DNA of 63,011 bases, the filler included, from Octopus bimaculoides (taxonomy: Eukaryota), in the NCBI RefSeq assembly GCF_001194135.2. It is 5 parts of 4 records of this genome, joined end to end, with 100 filler letters (N's around TTAATTAATTAA, not from the genome) between each part and the next. Parts side by side here need not be neighbours in the genome. Positions count along the whole stretch, not along the records: positions 41,765 to 57,398 come from NC_069001.1; positions 57,499 to 60,405 come from NC_068985.1; positions 60,506 to 63,011 come from NC_068984.1; 2 more parts are not named here. One strand, written 5' to 3'. Below, piece by piece: positions 54,741 through 63,011 of the stretch. The notes under the pieces were generated by a model. The model ran no database searches and had not been told where the DNA came from. It saw only the letters and a list, made by a program, of their open reading frames with translations. Within the stretch, counting starts at the first letter, position 1. Each line of letters opens with the position of its first letter. A program made the position numbers and the translations under genes.

Positions 54741-56819
54741 TATGTATGTGTGTTTATGTGTGTGTGTGTGTATGCTTGTATNNNNNNNNNNNNNNNNNNN
54801 NNNNNNNNNNNNNNNNNNNNNNNNNNNNNNNNNNNNNNNNNNNNNNNNNNNNNNNNNNNNNNNNNNNNNNNNNNNNNNNNNNNNNNNNNNNNNNNNNNNN
54901 NNNNNNNNNNNNNNNNNNNNNNNNNNNNNNNNNNNNNNNNNNNNNNNNNNNNNNNNNNNNNNNNNNNNNNNNNNNNNNNNNNNNNNNNNNNNNNNNNNNN
55001 NNNNNNNNNNNNNNNNNNNNNNNNNNNNNNNNNNNNNNNNNNNNNNNNNNNNNNNNNNNNNNNNNNNNNNNNNNNNNNNNNNNNNNNNNNNNNNNNNNNN
55101 NNNNNNNNNNNNNNNNNNNNNNNNNNNNNNNNNNNNNNNNNNNNNNNNNNNNNNNNNNNNNNNNNNNNNNNNNNNNNNNNNNNNNNNNNNNNNNNNNNNN
55201 NNNNNNNNNNNNNNNNNNNNNNNNNNNNNNNNNNNNNNNNNNNNNNNNNNNNNNNNNNNNNNNNNNNNNNNNNNNNNNNNNNNNNNNNNNNNNNNNNNNN
55301 NNNNNNNNNNNNNNNNNNNNNNNNNNNNNNNNNNNNNNNNNNNNNNNNNNNNNNNNNNNNNNNNNNNNNNNNNNNNNNNNNNNNNNNNNNNNNNNNNNNN
55401 NNNNNNNNNNNNNNNNNNNNNNNNNNNNNNNNNNNNNNNNNNNNNNNNNNNNNNNNNNNNNNNNNNNNNNNNNNNNNNNNNNNNNNNNNNATATATATAT
55501 ATATATATAGTTAAACACAAGTTTATGGTAAATATAAGATTATAGTAATCCCAAGTCTATATCACACATGTTTCCTACGTACATTTCACCAGTGTGGTCA
55601 TTTTATAACCTCTGCAGTGGATGCATTTTCCGCATGCTGAACTACAACAGATCTGGAAAAGGGCACTTTAATGCATTATGTTGCAGAAGTCAAACACCTA
55701 TAACATTAAGCTATAAAGTGTTTCCCTGATGGTCGTTTTCTGGTTCTGCATCCAGTAGCATTTGGATGGCGCAATGCACTGACATCTGTAAATATATGTG
55801 CGTGTGTGTCATTGTGTGTGTGTCTGGGTGAGTGTGTATGCGTGTGCACTGATGTTGGCGTATATGCGTGGAGCAGTGTGGTTTAGTTGTTAAGCTGTTG
55901 CACGCATGAGTGTAAGATTGTGGTTACAGTTCCTGGACCGAACGATTTGTTATTTTCTTAAGCAAATCACTTCATTCCACGTTGCTCCAGTGCATTCAGC
56001 TGACGGGATTGAGTAATTCTGCGTTGCATCACCACCCAGTGCATGAAACGGAGAATATTTACGCCGCTGTTTTCGAGAAACCTGCTTCATAAGCCCATGG
56101 CTCGTGCGTGAGAATGTATATGTATGTATTATGCGGGTATATTTATATTTATATGTGTCTATGTGTCTTTGTATCTGTAATTATCCACCACCACCCGTCC
56201 ACCGCTTGACAACCAGTGTTTACGTCACAGTAAACTAGCGGTTCGACAAAAGAGGCCGATAAAATAAATACCAGGCTTTAAAAATCATAAGTACTGAGGT
56301 CGATTCACTCGGTTAAAAATTCTCGAGTGAGTACGTAAAAGCTGCAGAGGTTTTCCTCAATGCCTCATTAAGAAGATATGTTATCTATACAAGGAGTGAT
56401 CGGTTTGACGTAGGTTGTATGACACGAAACCCTCCTGCGGCTTGGTTAAACACTGTTGAACAGTGGGAGTCGGAGGGGGGGGGGAGAAGAGGTGCGCTTC
56501 CCTGGTGGCGCACCTTGGGAAAATATCTTGAGAAATGAATTTGCCACGTATGGACACATGTCACAATAATATCAACAACAATAACAACAACAACAACAAT
56601 GGCTTCATCAACAACAACAATGGCTTCATCAACAACAACAACAACCTGAACAGCAACAAATCTAAAACTGATTTCTAACTTTACTACAAAAGCCACAAAG
56701 TTATGGAGGTGGTTTGAGGAGAGGGAGAAACGTTTAATTGCACCAGCACCACCAACAGCCCCACAACCCCAGAACAATCGTGTTAATTGTATATGTGTAT
56801 GTATGTATGTATGTATGTA

Positions 56820-57200
56820 TGTATCTTTTGTATTTAATCATTTAGATTCTTCTTCTGTTCTGAAGAAAGAGCTGGTTTCTAACAAAGATACAAAGCGCCA
56901 TCGTTGGAATGTAGATAACGAAAACAATGTCACATTGAGAAAAGTCTTGCATAGTTTTACTTTTCCATCCATTGATTGTATTTCTAATGAGCGAATCAGT
57001 TGGTTAGATACTTTTGCCGAAAATCCAAGTTCATCCAGTCTGGGAGTTAGGCCTTTACTTACAAAACCAAGTGTTCCAAATGTAAATTTGAAATACGAAT
57101 AAAAAAGCTGGAGGTTTTGAAGCAGATGTCCATAATTTTCTTGTTTCTGTTTGATTTTCAAAGTAATATTCACATCAACAGGACAGCTGACCTCTACAAC
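56820..57200 (-). mobile_element. RLE-type non-LTR retrotransposon 3' end, (CATA)n-tailed lineage
   Basis: CTVVEVSCPVDVNITLKIKQKQENYGHLLQNLQ...GTLGFVSKGL...LGFS...LIRSLEIQSMDGKVKLCKTFL is an RLE C-terminus. UTR ends in (CATA)n on the sense strand. Confidence 0.78.
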
Positions 57201-57498
57201 AGTACACACATTTTGTGTCTCGTAGGAGTGGCTGTGTGGTAAGTAGCTTGCTTACCAACCACATGGTTCAGGGTTCAGTCCTACTGTGCGGCACCATGGA
57301 CGAGTGTCTTCCACTAGAGCCGCGGGCCGACCAAATCCTTGTGAGTGGATTTGGTAGACGGAAACTGAAAGAATCCCGTCGTGTATATATATATATATNN
57401 NNNNNNNNNNNNNNNNNNNNNNNNNNNNNNNNNNNNNNNNNNTTAATTAATTAANNNNNNNNNNNNNNNNNNNNNNNNNNNNNNNNNNNNNNNNNNNN

Positions 57499-57539
<41 letters not shown>

Positions 57540-57795
57540 TATATACAGACGTTATATGCAACAGAAACAGTAACCGAACGGGGCAGAAATGCATATTAGC
57601 ATTCTTACCATTCGCCGCTAGAAAGAAACATATTGTGTTTTTAAACACAGCACGTCCGTAAGAGATATTATCTTCGGACGATTGCCGCAGTAAATTTATA
57701 TTTTGCAATGTATTTACATATGCATAGTGACGCGTTATTCTCAGTTATAATACAGTTAATCATATATCTTGTTAAATTTCTTTGTTTTTCTGCAG

Positions 57796-57931
57796 AATTG
57801 CTTGATAATAATTGATTTTAAATGACATTAATTGGTTGCTATTAAGTAGCCTATATATATATATATATGCATATATTGTGCTTGGTAATTATTTGAGTAG
57901 CTGATGTAGTAAAATCTAAGAAGTGAAGATG
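57796..57931 (+). other. Candidate 5'UTR exon of an unknown plus-strand gene, ending in ATG
   Basis: Strong acceptor TTTCTTTGTTTTTCTGCAG| at 57795 and GAAG-ATG|GTAAGT at 57929-57937. No downstream coding exon recognised in the window. Confidence 0.3.
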
Positions 57932-58182
57932 GTAAGTTTTTATTTATTTATTTAATTATTTATTTATTTATTTACTTATTCATTTATTTATTTATTCCTC
58001 TCGTACAATGTAATTATTTCTACCTTTCTTTTTCTAATTGCAGTACTTTTGTGTGCAAACGTATAGCATAAGTGCATCGACATTAAACAGCTCACTTGCT
58101 AGAACCAATAAACGAGTAAGTAAACGCCTCTCTATCTTTCTCCCAATCTGTTTCTCTCTTTCTCCCATTCTCTCTCTCTCTT

Positions 58183-58239
<57 letters not shown>

Positions 58240-58942
58240 NNNNNNNNNNNNNNNNNNNNNNNNNNNNNNNNNNNNNNNNNNNNNNNNNNNNNNNNNNNNN
58301 NNNNNNNNNNNNNNNNNNNNNNNNNNNNNNNNNNNNNNNNNNNNNNNNNNNNNNNNNNNNNNNNNNNNNNNNNNNNNNNNNNNNNNNNNNNNNNNNNNNN
58401 NNNNNNNNNNNNNNNNNNNNNNNNNNNNNNNNNNNNNNNNNNNNNNNNNNNNNNNNNNNNNNNNNNNNNNNNNNNNNNNNNNNNNNNNNNNNNNNNNNNN
58501 NNNNNNNNNNNNNNNNNNNNNNNNNNNNNNNNNNNNNNNNNNNNNNNNNNNNNNNNNNNNNNNNNNNNNNNNNNNNNNNNNNNNNNNNNNNNNNNNNNGT
58601 GTTGTGCCCAGTTGATTTTATCAAATACGATTAATGTTTCATTAGTATTAATCATTTGTATGTGAAGGCATGTAGTTTAATGGTTTGTGATATTCAGCTC
58701 ATAATCATAAGATTGTGAGTTTAATTCCTGGACCATGAGGGCTCTTGTGTCCTTGAGCAAGGCACTTCATTTCATGTTTTTCCAGTCTACTTCGCTATAT
58801 TCAGTATCGGCTGCGTGTTATTGCAGCTTTTTTTTTCTCACTCTGCAAGTGAGAAAACGATGGCGAAGGATTTGAAAATTTTTATATCTTCTCAGGATAG
58901 CAAAGCTATTTAAATAATTACGCGCATAGACGGTTACTAAGA

Positions 58943-60150
58943 AGTCTCCTTCGTTAGCTCGTAATACTCCAATAGCTAACGGAGGTGGATACAAGCTTAA
59001 GACTAATGAACTTATTGATACTGCTGAAATTTCTGTGTGTTTGATTTTACGTTTAATGTCTGTTTGAAATAAACAAGTCACAGAAAAGAAATCCACAGAA
59101 AAATGTCACTGAAGAAAGAATGCAACAATTACTGCAAGGCACCTCCTCCTACGGTCTAACAATTCCGCCAATGGACCACTGTGGTTTGGTACACCATTTT
59201 ATTAAACTGGAAAAGATGAAGGGCAAATTTGATTAACTCGGTGAGCTTTGAATTTAGAGCGCAAAGGTCCGGAACAAAATCGTAAATCATTTTGCTGTAT
59301 GTTCAAACAATTCCGTCAATTCACTGTCTTTGGAAGCTGTTGTTGTTGCTCTCTAGTGACAGGACAAGCTTGATTGTATAAACCTAAGGCAAGCAGATAA
59401 TTGGCCGAAATAGTGAGGAAGGCTACAGATCTCTTGTTATGAGAACACAAAGTTTCCTATTAATATAAGGGGTCAGATATGCAGTGACCATCCAGTAAGG
59501 CGGACCATACAATACAGGTTTCCTCAGAGGATTTTCTTCTATTCCACTGTTCAGTTTGTGTCATTTAGGTTCAGATCAGCTAGAATTAAAAGCAAACTTT
59601 TGAACGAAGGCTTTCTAGTTATGGAAACCCTATCTTTCATACCAGAACTGTGTAACTCATACCGCATTATCCGATGTGTCGTTTTATTAAGACAATACAG
59701 CGTGATACTGAGGAAGATTTAGTTGCTTTTCTAGCAGGTTGAACGACCCCTCTCAGAGGCTCCTTTCTTGACGTAAAATAGTTGCTGTTGTTTAATCCAA
59801 GTTCAAAACTGATTGAGTAGGTCTACGGTCAAAAGCGTTCCATTCACGGCCATCCCGTTTATTTAGGAGCAACAAGACTACTATCTAATGATTTATGTTT
59901 TATAAAAGAGTAGGATGTGATATAAGGGATATTTAGTTACTACATGTCACAGGTCTCCTTCGTTAGCTCGTAATATTCCAGAAGGTAACGGCGGTGGAAA
60001 CAACCGACAGCGCCTAAAACTAATGAACTTATTGATACTACTGCTATTTCTGTGTATTTGACTTATATGTTATGTTTATATGGAAGTTGCTGGTGTTGTT
60101 GTTTGAAATAAACAAGTCACAGAAAAGAAATTCATAGAAAAAAAGCCAAT
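58943..60150 (+). repeat. Diverged direct repeat (about 58943-59115 and 59953-60155)
   Basis: Shared TCTCCTTCGTTAGCTCGTAATA...CTAATGAACTTATTGATACT...GTTTGAAATAAACAAGTCACAGAAAAGAAAT. Confidence 0.85.
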
Positions 60151-60357
60151 GAAGAAAATTACTGGAAAACTTCATGAAATTGACTTATTTAAAGTTTTTT
60201 TTTTTCGTTTTGTTGTTTTCTTTAAATTATTGAATAAAACATGAATTATTTTTTCACATACGTATAATGTTATTTCTCGAAAATAAAACGTGTCGTCATT
60301 GTTTACGAGCTATGTATTGTCAGTCAATAAGCAACGCAAAGTAATATTTTTTGCTTG

Positions 60358-60405
<48 letters not shown>

Positions 60406-60577
60406 NNNNNNNNNNNNNNNNNNNNNNNNNNNNNNNNNNNNNNNNNNNNTTAATTAATTAANNNNNNNNNNNNNNNNNNNNNNNNNNNNNNNNNNNNNNN
60501 NNNNNCATGATGGGTATAATGGGCTTCGTATATTTTACCCCAGTGTCACTTTGATGGCATGCACTGCTCTCTCACTC

Positions 60578-60646
<69 letters not shown>

Positions 60647-60647
<1 letters not shown>

Positions 60648-60816
60648 TATAACATACAGAAAATTGCACTACTGGGCACTGCACACATCCTACGCAAAAC
60701 ACTTTCAATACAGTAACCATAAGAGCACCACAGCAAACCACAGCACATACCCAAGGTGCACAAATCTGCGCTCGGTAGTGAAGTGAAAGCACGTTATAAA
60801 AATAAAACTACTGAAC
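60647..60816 (+). mobile_element. R4/Dong-like 3' end (about 170 nt)
   Basis: YNIQKIALLGTAHILRKTLSIQ* plus UTR, embedded in (TAA)n. Confidence 0.8.
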
Positions 60817-60850
60817 AATAATAATAATAATAATAACAACAATAATAATT

Positions 60851-61249
60851 AGGAAACCAGACATAGTCTTAATTGAGAAAGAAAGCAAACAATGCTGGAT
60901 CATAGATATAGCATGCCCAGCTGACAACAAAGTATACGATAAGGAAGAAAGAAAATTTGAGAGATATGACAGGTTAGCTTGGGAGGTTAAGAAGTTGTGG
61001 TCGATGAAAAAGGTGGTAGTGGTACCAATAATTGTCGGAGCCCTGGAAACTGTGAGTAAAAATCTTGAGAAGTACATGGAAGAAATAGAGGCTGCAATAA
61101 GTTTGGAGCACTTGCAGAAAACAGCACTGCTTGGAAGCGCTCGAATACTCCGAATGTTGCTCGAAAAATAAGAAGTGTTACCTTAGTTCACTGGTAGTAA
61201 ACAGCTGACACTATATTACATCTGCAGTGTTAGAAACTGTGTAAAGACA
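60851..61249 (+). mobile_element. R4/Dong-like non-LTR retrotransposon 3' end (RLE domain plus 3'UTR)
   Basis: Open frame 60851-61171: RKPDIVLIEKESKQCWIIDIACPADNKVYDKEERKFERYDRLAWEVKKLWSMKKVVVVPIIVGAL...LQKTALLGSARILRMLLEK*, a PD..D restriction-like endonuclease. Flanked by (TAA)n. Confidence 0.88.
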
Positions 61250-61454
61250 ATAAATAATAATAATGATAATCCTTTCTACTAAAGACACAAGGCCTGAAAT
61301 TGGGTCAGGGATTTAATCGATTACATTGAGCCCAGTGTTTCACTGATGCTTAATTTATCGATTCTACGAGGATGAAAGGCAAAGTCGACCTCGACGGAAT
61401 TTGAACTGTAAGCATTTCTCCTGGCTTGCTAACGCTTGTGCCAGCTCGCTGCGA

Positions 61455-61670
61455 GGGTGCTAGATAATTGCTTTTACAGGCCCAAATGATGAAAAAGTTA
61501 ATATGAGAGGTAAAGAAAAAATAGCAAAGTACCAGGACCAGCCCATTCAGTTACAAGGACTGGAAAGTGCGGATAAAATGTAACTCTATTAGTTATAGAT
61601 GCATTAGGAACTATCCCTAAAAATTTTAACAGATGGATAGAGGAAATAGGGAGGGGAAAAAAAGAACTAG
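61455..61670 (+). mobile_element. Decayed R4/Dong-like RLE fragment
   Basis: IAFTGPNDEKVNMRGKEKIAKYQDQ, then frameshifted ALGTIPKNFNRWIEEIG. Confidence 0.65.
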
Positions 61671-61673
61671 TTT

Positions 61674-61727
61674 AGTGCAGCCCCAGAAAACAGTGCAGCC
61701 CCAGAAATCAGTGCAGCCCCAGAAAAC
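61674..61727 (+). repeat. 18-bp tandem repeat x3 (AGTGCAGCCCCAGAAA[A/T]C)
   Basis: Units start at 61674, 61692 and 61710. Confidence 0.9.
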
Positions 61728-61964
61728 AAGGCGGCGAGCTGGCAGGAACGTTAGCACGCCGCGAGAAATGCTTAGCAGTATTTTGTCTGCCATTACGTTC
61801 TGAGTTCAAATTCTGCCGAGGCCGATTTTGCCTTTCATCCTTTCGGGCTCGATAAATTAAGTACCAGCTACGCAGTGGGGTCGGTGTAATCGACTTAATC
61901 CCTCTGTCTGTCCTTGTTTGTCCCATCTATGTTTAGCCCCTTGTGGGCAATAAAGAAATAAGAA
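61728..61964 (+). mobile_element. SINE family A (tRNA-derived head), young full-length copy
   Basis: AAGGCGGCGAGCTGGCAG head, GAGTTCAAATTC B box, CATCCTTTCGGG-TCGATAAATTAAGTACCAG body, AAAGAAATAAGAA tail. More than 12 related copies in the window. Confidence 0.88.
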
Positions 61965-62656
61965 ACAGTGTTATTAGGGATAACTAGGATACGTAAAAAG
62001 GTTCTTACTACCTAAGGTGTTAGGAATTTTTCCAGCACTTAGAATCTGTTGTGCGTATATAAAATAACGATGATGATATTATTATTATTATTTTATTATT
62101 TTTTTTTTATTCGTTACTAGATCAACCAACAGAAATTATAAGTTTCCAAACAAAAAGCAAAAGAATGACGCAGTAAAAAGAGGTGGGATTTTATTTAGTT
62201 TTTTTGAAAATATTTTGCAAAAAAAAACAAAATCAGAGCACTGAGAACACATGTAACCATCCTTAACGGAATATACAATACCGTTCTTGCTCGTCAAGGA
62301 TACTTTTTCAGACAAGCGAAACTAGAGGGTCAATGCGTTCGTTCACCCCGCATTCGACTGACACTCACACCAGCCTTTCATAATATTTACTGGAATGTAA
62401 CGAAAAAAAATTAAAATAATATATTTCATAATTATGATGATGATGGTGGTGGTGGTGGTGGTGGTGATGATGAGGATTATGATGATGATGATGACGAGGA
62501 TGATGGACGTGGTGGAGATGATGATGAAGATGGTGGTGATAATGTTGATGATGATATATCTCCTATTGTGTTTTAGCGTTACTAAAACAGCAACAAAACA
62601 GTACATTATATATATTTTTCTTCACTTCGCCTACCCATATATGTATAAGTGTGTTT

Positions 62657-62734
<78 letters not shown>

Positions 62735-62872
62735 ACGCGCGCGTGATTTACAGACAAGAAAGTTAATTTCGAACGCAGTAATAGCTGTGAAAACAGTAAA
62801 GAAAGATTGGGTGTTGACCCTTAGAAGACGGAAAAAAGTTGCCAGCACGTTGTATGTATGTATGCATGTATG

Positions 62873-62906
<34 letters not shown>

Positions 62907-63011
62907 CGTACGTATGTATGTATGTATGTACGTATGCATGTATGTATGTATGTATTATGTACTACGTACGTAGGTCTGTATGTACGTATATATGAATGTT
63001 TGTATGCTTGT

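Noticed and set aside
56490-56515. GC-rich 8-bp hairpin AGGTGCGC/GCGCACCT
   Set aside because: Isolated, with no terminator or Helitron context.
56570-56665. PolyQ-like frame QQQQWLHQQQQWLHQQQQQPEQQQI
   Set aside because: (CAA)n microsatellite with a 21-bp duplication; stops on both sides and no splice context.

Overview
AT-rich, microsatellite-dense animal genomic DNA from a gapped short-read assembly. The SINE families present point to a cephalopod, most likely Octopus (inference). The only host gene I can support is the 5' end of myosin VI on the minus strand: a first coding exon at 18838-18722 (MDGGKKVWVPH..., perfect Kozak) and a 70-nt second coding exon at 4512-4443, separated by a 14.2-kb intron. 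The rest of the gene lies left of the window. Candidate non-coding 5' exons and a promoter sit near 25.0 and 26.8 kb. Everything else is repeat: four abundant SINE or LINE-tail families, RTE and CR1 LINE fragments, Tc1/mariner relics, mariner, pogo, piggyBac and hAT MITEs, and a decayed Mutator (MULE) element with both TIRs. The most interesting signals are (i) two lineages of RLE-type non-LTR retrotransposon 3' ends that sort by microsatellite, R4/Dong-like in (TAA)n and a second lineage in (CATA)n with a conserved 3'UTR stem, and (ii) three Penelope-type minimal hammerhead-ribozyme motifs, one overlapping a 180-bp inverted repeat. Almost all supplied ORFs are microsatellite, SINE or N-gap artefacts. 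Repeat boundaries are approximate (about +/-10-20 nt) unless TSDs are quoted. No searches were run; family assignments come from motif recognition.
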